A DNA stretch of 64,000 bases from Dimorphilus gyrociliatus. Taxonomy: Eukaryota > Animalia > Annelida. The translations under genes and the position numbers were made by a program. Position 1 is the first letter of the stretch. Each line of letters opens with the position of its first letter. Below, one piece after another: positions 1-11,504 of this stretch. A model generated the notes under the pieces. That model did not search any database and was not told the origin of the DNA. It was given only the letters and a program-made list of their open reading frames with translations. The stretch covers positions 1,589,601 to 1,653,600 of the forward strand of contig CAJFCJ010000006.1 of NCBI GenBank assembly GCA_904063045.1, read 5' to 3'.

Positions 1-992
1 GCCGACTAACGAAGAATTTCTACAAGTACAATGCTACAAGAAACGCTTTTCTCATTTGGCTTATCAAAGTTTTTATGCTCAAATTGTTCGGAAGGAGAGT
101 AAGCGACCGTAAGTTATTAGTAAATTCAAATACAACTTTCTTCTAGATGGTATTGATTCAACGTCTTTTAATTCTTTGAAGCGCAATCTACCGAAAACTC
201 TTAACTATCTTCAAACTAAGGCAAATGCCATCTCTATGAAGGGCTTTGTAAAAGTTTTGCTGGGTATACTTTAGGAAATTTAGGTTTAATGTGGTGTGGA
301 CAGCAGGCAAAAGACTGTTTGAACAAAGAACTAGATTTTTCCACTATAAGATGGGCTTGGGACGATTTTCGAGAAAATCATTATAGGACACTCTTTGCTG
401 AAGATTGTGTTGGGCTCAGCATGTATTGAAGATTTAAAGGTTTTCGAAATCAACCAATGGATTATTGGATGCTGTCCCTTTCGTACGACCGCCGAGACAA
501 ACCCGATTAATGAATATGGCCAGAATTATCCAGGATAAAGGACAAATGTTTCAGCTATCTTAGATTGGTTAGCTGAATTTTTTCTATAAAAAGGATAGAT
601 ACCCTGCTCAAATCCACTAAAACTAACAAAGTCCATAATTCTAGGGGCGGATGATCGTCTTATGGGGATGAATGCTTGACTTTCAATCGTTAATTCTTGG
701 AAAGGTATCTAAATAATACATTTATTTTTTCAACGGAGATCATAGTCTAAGACACGGAGAGTTTAGAGCAACCTACATCGGAAGAATTGAAAAATATTTA
801 CCATTTCTCTTGGTAATAGCACCAAGATATTTCATAAAATCCTATCCTCATTTATTAACAATCTTCGATGTTTACCAAGCTCTATATATTAACGACTCGT
901 CCATTTATATGAATATTATGAAAAATCAGATAGGACAATCTGTTTGTATCGGATATCGAAGGATAGAAATTCGATATAAAATCATTATGTGA
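1..992 (+). pseudogene. DUF229-family (sulfatase-like) gene remnant, disrupted; 5' part outside window
   Basis: Translated pieces GIDSTSFNSLKRNLPKTLNYL, WAWDDFRENHYRTLFAED, KGFRNQPMDYW and YLNNTFIFFNGDHSLRHGEFRATYIGRIEKYLPFL follow DUF229 motif order. They are split by an in-frame TGA (427-429), further stops and frame changes. Confidence 0.65.
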
Positions 993-1241
993 CGAGTTAA
1001 GATTATATAAAGTTTACGACGCTTTTATATATTGAAGGAATGAAATTATTGAAAAGATTCATATTGATATTCGGCTGAGAATGGTTCCGGCGAGGAAGAA
1101 AGCGAATATTGGTATGATAGAGGCAACTATTGGATATACTGAAGATACAAAAGTTTTTTCTCTATTGGAACAAATTAATCGAATAGACGCTTTTAAAGAT
1201 TTATCGTATTATGTTGGAAAAAGGATTTTAAACAATATTTG

Positions 1242-2636
1242 TTACTGTCTATAAATTAACTTATTTAATAGACGCTTTTTTAGATAAATGAAATTTGAAC
1301 AGAAAGAATCATCTTTCTCTGATAGTATTCTATCATCTTCAGGCCTATAGTCTTTTGACAGTACATTCCCTATCCCTAAGATTTTAACAATGGATGCTCT
1401 AGGACCATTTTGTTTTGTGTATACTTCTTTTGTTTCTAACCATGTTCTATCGAGATTGTTTGTTATAGTATATAATGTTTGATAATCGTCTAGAACTGAA
1501 GATGACTCTAGACAAGATATTATGTCTTCTAGGCCCAATTTCAGTGCATTGTTTACACTACGAACAATTCTACCCAAGGACTTTCTGTCAACATTAAACA
1601 AGTTAGGATGTGTTGCTGTCAAAGCCTTTGTATCTGTTTGGAAGGAACCGTACAAAGTTGCTCTTGAGAAGTTCGTCAATACTGGGCATGTCCAACCTTC
1701 GCCATCGACGTAGGTGGTAACTATAGAGTTCATGCTAATATTATTGACGATTATCGACTTCCTATGACATTTTTGAATGAGTTTAAACAAATCTGCTAGT
1801 AGTTTCATCCATCTCCAGTTTGGCATCAGTTTCTTTTTCGGTCTATGTTCTCTATTGTATGTTTCATGTATTAAGAGACGATGGAGAGTAGCAATTTCGA
1901 ATGATCGCGAATCCCCAATTAATAATGTAACAAGAGCTACAGGAAGGAAATGACTATTTGTCATCAAATTAACAAGACCGAATGAAGACGGAGCAATATT
2001 TTTAATGTTTCTTCCAATGTAGTCTAGGATGTGGGCCTCCTTGGTTAAACTGATAGCTATTGGACTCTTGTCATTCAATTTATATATTTTTATTGCCACC
2101 GCGAAACGATTCTCTGAAACAGGATCGCGAAGAAAACCACCGATAACTACACCTCTCTTCCCCGAACCTAACAGGATCGGCTCGTTACTTTTGTCTTTAT
2201 AGGCAATTTCTAGTTGAGAAGGATTGATAAAATTCAAAGAGAACATATTAGGATACGTTCCTTTGTCATTTCCAACTAACGCCCTCCATTCTTGATTGTA
2301 TAACATTTCTAGTTGAGAATGGTCTAGAATGCGTGGATTGAGTAAAGGAGTTACGATTTTTTGAAAGTGATTATCAATGACAGGCGTCCAATATCGTCCT
2401 CTGGTAATATGATGATCGTTGATACGGGATAAAAAGTTGTTGAGAAATTGCTTAGAAGTCTTTCTTGAACTAAATCTGCGGATAGATAGATGAGAAGGCT
2501 CCAGATCTGTTGAAATAGAATCCAACCTCTCTTTACGATTTGCAAGGATTAGTTTGGATTTCTTTCTGGAGTATATTATTGTAATTCTTTTCTCACGAAA
2601 ATAAGGAACACAATTACTCCAACTGTGTTCTATCAT
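1242..2636 (-). CDS. Protein-kinase-fold protein, predicted pseudokinase (464-aa ORF; N-terminus may extend upstream)
   Basis: Gly loop LGSGKRG, VAIK lysine and alphaC Glu (TKEAHIL) are present. The catalytic loop reads IVNNISMNS and the DFG position reads TNF. Confidence 0.75.
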   Translation of the reverse strand: MIEHSWSNCVPYFREKRITIIYSRKKSKLILANRKERLDSISTDLEPSHLSIRRFSSRKTSKQFLNNFLSRINDHHITRGRYWTPVIDNHFQKIVTPLLNPRILDHSQLEMLYNQEWRALVGNDKGTYPNMFSLNFINPSQLEIAYKDKSNEPILLGSGKRGVVIGGFLRDPVSENRFAVAIKIYKLNDKSPIAISLTKEAHILDYIGRNIKNIAPSSFGLVNLMTNSHFLPVALVTLLIGDSRSFEIATLHRLLIHETYNREHRPKKKLMPNWRWMKLLADLFKLIQKCHRKSIIVNNISMNSIVTTYVDGEGWTCPVLTNFSRATLYGSFQTDTKALTATHPNLFNVDRKSLGRIVRSVNNALKLGLEDIISCLESSSVLDDYQTLYTITNNLDRTWLETKEVYTKQNGPRASIVKILGIGNVLSKDYRPEDDRILSEKDDSFCSNFIYLKKRLLNKLIYRQ

Positions 2637-3957
2637 TAAGTCGTCTGATATTTTTTTGCCTTCTTCTTTCTAAGCCCCCTAAGATTCTTTTTGATCGCTG
2701 CACAAAAGGAAATGGAAAGAGCAATTGAAAGGAAAAAGTTGCTGTTGATATTCTGGAAAGAATGGCGGAAATGGTTGCTTTATCCAAGTAAAACCATGTT
2801 CCAAACTTTCTTTCTAGGTCAAATATAAACTGCAATTTCCTTGAGTATTTTAAAATTTCAAATACAAAATAAAAAACAACTCTTACTTTAACTGACTAAA
2901 ATAGTAACAAAATTGTCTTGTAGTCCAATATTACATTGCTTTTTTTTTCTATAATATTTGTAATAGTAAACGAATCTTTATATTGATTAAATAGATAAAG
3001 CATTGGCCTTTTAAACTTGACGCTTTCCTAGCTTTTCCTATAATTCTTTTGATATTTTTATCAATAGATGGCGCTACAGTATTCATGAACCTTCTTTTAA
3101 TCCATCATCAGACACGCATGTGGACCCACGCATATAAAAGTTATCAAGTTATCTCCCACCCTCCTCTCTCTCTCTCTCTCTCTCTGCTTCCTTTTCAATA
3201 TTTTTCATTAAAAGTCATATGATCAAAACTAACTTTGTTACATTTGTATTGACTGTTTGTCTTGTCATTTACGCCACAGAATATCACAATTCAATTAGAT
3301 TAAAATATTTGGCAAACACTACTTCTATTATTTCTTTTCCTTTCTAAATTTACGTGCTTTTTAGTGTTTTTTTTGTTTCTAATCTTTAAAACTATAGAAA
3401 ATAAGAAGAGTCTAGGAAAACTTACAAGAACCAACTTGGTAATTAATTTGCATAGCATCTGTTTTCCGTAATAATATGAAAAAGATATAAAAAAACCCTC
3501 TTAATATAGACCGACTAAAGGCTTTTTTAAGAAACTGATTATATATTATATTCTAATAGCCAGATGTTATATATTTTAACTTTTCTTGGACAGATTATAG
3601 TAAAAGCAAAATAAGCGATAGGAAGAAGATAGGAAATATATGATTTAGGGATTATAGGGAAGGTAACTAGTTAGATATGAAGGTAAACAGAGGTAGAGGA
3701 AGAATAAGCATTCTTTCGTATAAAATAAAGCATCTTTTATTCTCATTTTTTGTTCAATTTATTAAGACTATTAAAAGACTCCAGAGATTATTTATGAAAT
3801 GCCTACATATATATACACACTGTATATAGGCATTTTTAGAGAGACTTGAAAATACGCATTGTATTTAGAATGACTTTTTCTTTATTATTTCAATTAGATG
3901 TTTTCTTTTTTGTCCTTCTTAAATAAATATTTAAACAAATCGATTTAATTTTAATAA

Positions 3958-4807
3958 TCACCAACAAGATACCAATGACCAGTAGCAAGGTTTACCACGT
4001 TTTTTGTCTATCATATCTTCTACATTCCGGTTTTCGTTCAGTGTTTTCAATAGTAAATTGTAAAACTTTGCAAATTGTTCAGGTTTTACAGATTTCTGAA
4101 AAATGATATAAAAAAAACAAACAAGAAGATAAACTAATGTTATCATTTAATATATTAAATAAAAATAACGACAGTATAAACTATAAAAAAAAGCTGGGAG
4201 AAGAAGTAGAAAAGAAAGTGGAAGAAGAAGAAGAAAAAGAAAAATTGCATAATAAAAAGAACTTAGAAAGAAAGTCGGACAAGATGAAAAGACTTAATTG
4301 ACATAATTGACTATGACTTGATGAATAAGAAAAAAGTAACTTGATTATAGTTTTAAACTTGATATTTTACTAATCACTTATGTCTTTATATTCTAATTAG
4401 CATTTTATATTCATTGAATATTTGTTTTTCCTTACTGATTCTCCTCCTTTTCCAGCAAATCTTATTTTTGTCTTTTTCATCTTTCTATCGTTATCTTCTT
4501 CTTCTTTTCTTTCTTTTTCTTATATATATATATATATATACAGTATATCTTTCTTTCCCTTCCCTCCTACACTCTTCATTCCTCACTGCGTCTGTCTAAC
4601 TTCTTTTTGTCTCTTTATTTTGCACCTTCGCTCTTTCTCCCTCGTTTTCTCTATCTTGTATAGAAAAGAATGAAACAATAAAATACTTACTTGAATGTCA
4701 TTAGCTCCTGCTACCATTGATATTTTACGGGCTTCATTTTCAATACTCCGCTCGTACGACGAGCCGACAAAAAGACAAGCCAGAAGAATGACAAAGACGG
4801 CCGTCAT
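3958..4807 (-). CDS. Allatostatin-C/somatostatin-like neuropeptide precursor, 84 aa, exons 4807-4691 and 4095-3958
   Basis: Signal peptide MTAVFVILLACLFVGSS; phase-0 intron CAA|GTAAGT...TTTTCAG|AAA; KKR cleavage site followed by C-terminal GKPCYWSLVSCW-stop with C-x6-C spacing. Confidence 0.85.
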
Positions 4808-4841
4808 GTTTGATTTGAAGCGCTCCGCCCATGCAAAACGC

Positions 4842-4868
4842 TTTTTATAACGCGAAGGAGTGACGTCA
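4842..4868 (-). promoter_or_regulatory. TATA box (TATAAAAA, 4849-4842) and perfect CRE (TGACGTCA, 4861-4868) upstream of the neuropeptide gene
   Basis: Exact motif matches 35-60 bp upstream of the ATG at 4807. Confidence 0.6.
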
Positions 4869-6109
4869 TTCGAAGCTTTTCCGAAGCAAATTATTTTTTT
4901 TTGTGTAGATATACAGCAATTAAGGAAACTACTAAGCTACTTGTTACGGAGATGAAATGTTAATTAATAAAACTTTTGCATTTTACTATCTTCTTTATAT
5001 AGATGGAAAGTTTTTAAAATGTAACGCTTTTCAATCAATAATCGATATTATTAATATTATTAGAAACTGTCACCGATTTGTTCTTCTTTTGATATATTCA
5101 CTTAATTAATAATATATGAATAAACAGTGGGAAAAAGAGTATTTTTAGATCGACCCTTAAACCATTATAATTTACCTTATTGAACAAATTGAAAAAGAGT
5201 TGTGAGTTGTTGTACGTACCATCTATTTTCGTAATTAAAGGTTTATACTTTCTAGATAGGAGAATGAGAGGATAGCACTGTAAAAATTTACTATCTCTAG
5301 TAGTTTGCAATAAAGTAAATACATGTTCAATGAAGTTATAAGAGGGATATCATTATGTTTCAACTACGTAAGTAGTATAGAGAAAATAGATGATGACCCA
5401 CTTTTTCTTCAAACCTTACTGATTTATTAATTTTCAATAGTAAATATACATTATGTCCTGATTATATATATAGTTTGAATGCAATATAGTTGTATATATA
5501 TATAGATATATATTTTTATATATTATTCGCTTTGTCTCATTGTTTATGCCTATATATATATAATTGTTACATTGTAAAAAAAAAAAGAAAAAACAAAAAA
5601 TAGATGATTAACTTTATATTCTAGAAATGGCCGCGACAAGTTCAAGTGTTTAAATAGAAAATCCATTTAGGAATTGTGAGCTTGTTGATTTAATAAAAAA
5701 AACATGATTTACAACACTTCCAGTACGTAGTTTTACCCTAAGAGCTACAGTAGGTACATATTGTTGGAAACCTTTGAAATACTCGACGATAAGGGAAGAA
5801 CGATGCTAAATTGAAACAAAAAAACGGGAAATGTATTATGATCACCAAATGTGCTCAAACTTAGTTTGTCACGTAAAGTAGAGAGATAAATTCTTCTGCA
5901 ACTCAGGTGTTGGTAAAGAAACCCGGCTTTTAATTGGAGGAGAAAAAAAAGGATTGACATTTCTTATTCTTTACACCTACCTAAACTACTTTTAGCCAAT
6001 GATTAAGTTATTTATATATTTTACCGGAGAAATTAACTTGAGATTATCATTTAAAAAGTACTAAATAGAGTTCTATTAATAAATTACATTAATTCACCGT
6101 TATTCCCTT

Positions 6110-6113
<4 letters not shown>

Positions 6114-6174
<61 letters not shown>
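6114..6174. repeat. (TA)n microsatellite, about 30 units
   Basis: Direct reading. Shorter (TA)n, (CT)n and (GA)n tracts lie near 3164, 6528, 7686, 22750, 27040, 39160 and 42540. Confidence 0.95.
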
Positions 6175-6180
<6 letters not shown>

Positions 6181-6522
6181 GCGATGATTATATGTTTAAT
6201 TTATCTCATATATGCATTTATAGCCTCTTTTTTAATCAATCATTTCTTCTATAATGAGAGAGAGAAGGGTAAAAGGTGTATGGAAGAATAATGTCATCAG
6301 GTGTTAAATCAGATATATAATATAAGCTTTAAATCAAAAATGAAATCCCTAAACAGAAACTACAGCGTAACAGAGTATGCATCGACTACTCAGGGGTTTT
6401 CATAAGGAAGATGGAGTTATTTAATTACCAGTTTTCACACTATCATCTTGTACTGCTTTTTTTTTCTTTTTAATTTATCTAATAATCATTCTCTCTCTCT
6501 TTCTCCCTTTCTCCCTTTCCCA

Positions 6523-6553
<31 letters not shown>

Positions 6554-7684
6554 GTTCTCTCTTCAGTAGGCAATTTAATAGAATTAGTCCATATTTCGCC
6601 TCTCATAGAATGATTCTGTAGAAAGAGTAACCTTTCTACTGATGCTCATTTCTCATTTAAATATTAATTTTTCTTTAATTATACTATTATTTACTATTCT
6701 TATATATTTATAGACATTTCTAAATTGTAGTTTCAACGCAAAAAATCTATTAAAAGGTAGTGAAACATTATATTCTTCCATAGCAAATTCAATTTACGAA
6801 AAAATGGGAATAATTGAAGATAAATATAGTGCATTAAAGGTTAATATACAAAGCCTCAATGTGTTTTTATATAGAGAAATTTAAGAATCGTAGTTGAATA
6901 TAAAGTTCAAGGAACTCTATTTTGTAGGTCGTCTCCTCTCTCATCAACAAAGATTACGAGTGTAATTTCATAAAGCATAACATACGATTTATTTTGTCCT
7001 AGAATTTGGAACAATACAACAGTGTTTTGTCTCTATTAACAAACTTCTAAAATGAACAGTTAAGTCTATTATATGGGAGGAGAAATTATTTGCGAGGCTC
7101 TATAAATGATATATTAAAAGTTCTGTTCCCTTCTGAAATATATTGAAATAAGCAATGGCTAAATATTTTAATGAGCTGGAAGACATTTTCACTTAGAATA
7201 AGAACGAAATTACCAAGTATCAATGGGAAAGTAACAGATGTAGTACTGAAACTTTTCAATAAAGAACTTTAGACCATGATGTTACAAGAGAGTTTCACTT
7301 AAACATGTTCTATTTCCGTTTGCCTATAATATATTTAAACATAAGTAGTTTTCAAAGTTGTCCAGAACAATCTCCTTTCACAAATGGTAAAATGTTTATT
7401 TGTTTTACTATTTACTATCGTTTTTATCGCTTGGTATTTAAATTATGTGAAAGCGTATTATCTTAAACAAAAAAGAAAATTTACGAAAGAGATAATGATG
7501 TAAGAAGAGAATTAAATTTTGATTACCATAGTATCATTTTATCTACAATACGCTATTTGTTTAATTCTTAAGATGATACGGTGAGTAAAATGCACTCTGA
7601 GGAAATAAATTGGGAATTTTTCATATCATACATCAATCCTAACCCGTCCAAGATCAGATGATAAATCTCTTATATTTCTATTCG

Positions 7685-7718
<34 letters not shown>

Positions 7719-8557
7719 AGCAAATTATCAAGAATAACCTTTTCATAATTACTCCATAAAAGAATGAACTTGAAGGACTTAATTTACATCTTTATATTTT
7801 CAACACGGTAAAATTGTTAACAATTATAGATTCAACACAGTACTTAATTATTACAATCTATTCCAGTATTAGTCGCCAGATTCTGTCGAGCAAAGACTGT
7901 AGAACGCCAACTCGGATGAATTATTTCTCCCTATGCAGAGCAATATATTATCTGAGATGATATTTGCGTTGAAAACAGTTGAACCATACGCCGGTGAATG
8001 GAGCCTGAAGAGTCGGTTCTTCCCAAAGGGATGACCGACTAATGAAAAGTTGACTGAAGAGAAGTTTCTCTATTACTAGACTATTAGTAAAATAAGAAGT
8101 CGAAATAAATTGACCTTTGAAAGTTCAAGAACGAATAGTACATTACATTACTATAGATTCACAGAATGAAAAGCTCAATGCACACATAAACGGCTAACAA
8201 AATGTTTAAAAAATTTGCTAACGTAACCATTTTTGAGCAATGTATAAAAAGTATATCATTATTACTAATTATAGCTGTTCTTCCACCACATGCAGTCATT
8301 CTATTAAATGGTATATTGGATAATTAAGCACACATTTAATTCAGTAAGGTGGGGGTAATAATGAGATACACAGTATGATATCTTGTTTTAAATTATTATA
8401 ACCCCTCTCTTTCTCTCCCTCTCTCCCTCCTTCTTTCCTACTGAAAAAATCTGTATGAATAATCATTCAGATAAAGTAAAAATATTGTATTGAGATTTAA
8501 AAGACACAAAATACGAATATTATTTTCCCAATCCAATTAATAATAATTCACTTTTTT

Positions 8558-9676
8558 TTAACTTAATTGAAATATAAGGCAAGTTGTGTTACTTCCTTTT
8601 TTCCCTCCGAATTGAAAAGTCTTCGATTCTAGTTTATTTTTCAACTTGAATCCTAAAAAGTTCGTTTTTCTCTTTTATTTAACATTGTATTATTGATTAT
8701 ACATACTCATTCCAAAGAATTTTACTAATTCCTCTTCAGTCCAATTGCAGGATGTTATAATAAATAGACTGTCATTCTTTAACATACTTTCAACATTATT
8801 TTTATACCATAACTTTTTTTCTTGAACGTTTTCATCGCATAGGCTTATAGCATCAAATGTACCTATAAATTGTAATTAGGATGATCTTTCAAATATGGAT
8901 AAACTTTGCAGAGAAATCACCTTTATCTAGAACAATGTCGAATTTTTCCCAGTCAGCTTGTTTTTCCGTTAAATCGGAAACTGTATACGTAATATCTGGA
9001 AAATTATTCGAAATTGCGAATTTCTTAGCAAAATCAACAGCCCATTGAGAATAATCCACCCCGTGTAAATTTGTAAAATTCTTCTTTCTCTGTTTTAAAA
9101 AGAATAAAGTAAAATATATTACTTTTTCTCTTATTTTCTGTAAATGTACTATCGTTCAATGGCGCCATCTATAATATATATGTTGGAAACTATTAATTTT
9201 CATTTGTTTTAAATAATATAGCTGAATAGAATAATTATCTGTATCATAGCGATTACAGTTAAAGCTAATTTCATGCAATATTTAAATGACACTATATATT
9301 TTAGAAAATTACCAGCTCTAAGAGAGTATAGCCATTTCCACAGCCCAAGTCTATTATTGAAGAATCTAATTTTGTAATATTTTCACATATCCAATCCACC
9401 ATTCTTTTGACACTGTCTTTTCCGAACCAAATCTCGTCTGTATATCCATTAATATTAAAATTTTCTATTTCACGTTTATATGTAGAATCCCAGCTGTGGG
9501 CGATAATATAATTATATTAGAATATTTCATTACTTTTACTTTAAATTATATTTAAAGTGTATTTAAGTAACTGAAAATATTCAAGGGAATTATTAAAATC
9601 AAACTCACAATGTTTTTTGGCCTAATTCTGATGAATATTTATCTATTTTACAATCAGTGTCAGTAGGCTCAGCCAT
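8558..9676 (-). CDS. EEF1AKMT2: EEF1A lysine methyltransferase 2 (METTL10/Efm4 family), 5 exons
   Basis: Spliced translation MAEPTD...SSELGQKTFWDSTYKREIENF...DEIWFG...IIDLGCGNG...GVDYS...LDKGTFDAISL...ITSCNWTEEEL...FQFGGKKG. Canonical GT-AG introns. Not in the ORF track because the exons are short. Confidence 0.92.
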
Positions 9677-9719
9677 TTTATGCAATATAAAAGTGTGCGG
9701 AACAAACTTTTCTGTAAAG

Positions 9720-10463
9720 ATGTCTATATTAAATACTACAAAACTAATGATCAGCCGAAAAATTTTTGCAGGAGTAAGAATATCTCCTGCTCTTTTTAGT
9801 AAGTTTGGTTATTTTGTTAATTTGTACATTGTTTCCAAGTTTGGGAAGATTCTTCTTTAAAATATCCTTTAGATTGAGCGATAATACGTTGATTTTGAAT
9901 GTTTTTAGCAGATCAGGGAAAGTCTTTATCAACATCAGCTTACTTTTTAGCTGGATCACAGTGGAGATTGGAGTAAATATTAAATACAAAAATATATATT
10001 TAAATATATAATTATCATTTTAATAAGTTTGCTAAATTGCTCTATATTTCTGAAGGCATGGCTTAGGCAAATGCGGTAACGAATATGGCCCATTAACTTC
10101 TATTCCAGATTGGAGCTACGCCGGTAAAGAAAAATATATTAAATTCAATTATTTCTAGAAACAGTAATCATAGAAAAAATCTAAATTACAGATGGAAGAG
10201 CAGCGCCTTTATCCTACAGTAAAACTCGACGTTTAAAAGATAAAGAAGAATTAGCTGTAAGTTGATAATAGAACAAAAAAGCAATTTATTATGTTTTCTT
10301 TCAATTAATGAATTAAATATTAACTAAATGATGTGTTTTTTTTTAGAAAAGTATCAAAAAACAAATAACACAAATGGATTTGGCTAAAGAATATCATAAA
10401 CAAGAAATAATGGATTTAAGTAAAAAAAGGTTTAAAAAAATTGAAAATAAACTAAAAAAATGA
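9720..10463 (+). CDS. MRPL52: Mitochondrial ribosomal protein mL52, 5 exons
   Basis: Spliced translation contains [32 protein letters not shown], the mL52 signature, after a basic presequence-like N-terminus. Confidence 0.88.
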
Positions 10464-11087
10464 ATAGAAAAGAATATTTTAAATAGTTTGTATAGATTAT
10501 AGACAGATGGTTTCAAGAAATTATTTCAAGATTGATAAATTTTGTTCATTCATTTACTTAAGAAGAAAAAAATAAAATGGTTTAAGAAAATCATAATATT
10601 TTTATCATATTCCGCTTTAAAACATTAGATTTGTCTGATATTTTCAGTTTATACCATCTTCTACAGATTAAAGACAATATATTTATTAGATTATCATCAG
10701 GACTTGTCTAAAAATCAGAATCAAGTTAATATCAACTTAAGTGAATCCAAGCTTGCAGACAAGCACACTATGCACTATTTGCACGAATAACAATGCTTGA
10801 GGACTTTATTAAACTGATGTTTAAATTATGGGTAGGGAAAGGGAAACCTGTCATATTATTAGAATAGAAGTAACTGATATTTAGTGAAAGAATGGTGAAA
10901 TTAAAGTATTTCTTTGGCATTTTCTTTGTCTTAAAATCGGTAAAATTCAAACATTATAGTTTGGCATAGATAGGAGTATGTAATCTGAATTTACTATACA
11001 AAAAAGCTCAAATTTTATTCGATTGCGTGCTTAATATATAAAATTTACAATTTATACACGTTTCAGGGTATTTGTGATATTTTTAAA

Positions 11088-11262
11088 TTTCGCGCGCCAA
11101 CCGGAAGTTCCTCGAAAAATTTTATATAACATCATACGTAAGATTTTTAATTTTATATTCAAGCATCTATTTAATTTTTAAAATATTCTTGCAAGATGTT
11201 TAAAATGTATGTTTACAAAAAGATGCTATTCTCCGCGGTGATTGTTCGTAGGTGTGACGTCA
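11088..11262. promoter_or_regulatory. Promoter block upstream of Rab7: E2F-like TTTCGCGCGCCAA (11088-11100), ETS CCGGAAGT (11101-11108), CRE TGACGTCA (11255-11262)
   Basis: Exact motif matches in a CpG-richer patch upstream of the Rab7 ATG. Confidence 0.5.
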
Positions 11263-11504
11263 CTGCTGGTCACGAGACCATTGATTGTCATCTGTTTTCG
11301 TGTTTTTAGTGAATATAATTTCCTCTAAGGCAAGCGAAACATTATTTTGGTGAAATTATCGGAAGTTTACAATATAAACTAACTACTCATAAATTATTTT
11401 CACGTAAGTGTAAAATAAATGAATATATTCTATTGCGTAGGTCAACTCCCCTTGTTTTCAACAAAGACTTAATATAACCCAACAGATTTAACTGATTTCT
11501 AGAG

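Noticed and set aside
427-429. In-frame TGA in the DUF229 remnant as selenocysteine or readthrough
   Set aside because: Additional TAA/TAG stops and frameshifts flank it, so decay is the simpler explanation.
4414-4673. Hydrophobic ORFs here and at 22573-22831, 25945-26256, 41216-41956 and 54923-55150
   Set aside because: They derive from (TA)n, (CT)n or poly-T low-complexity DNA in introns, UTRs and intergenic spacers.
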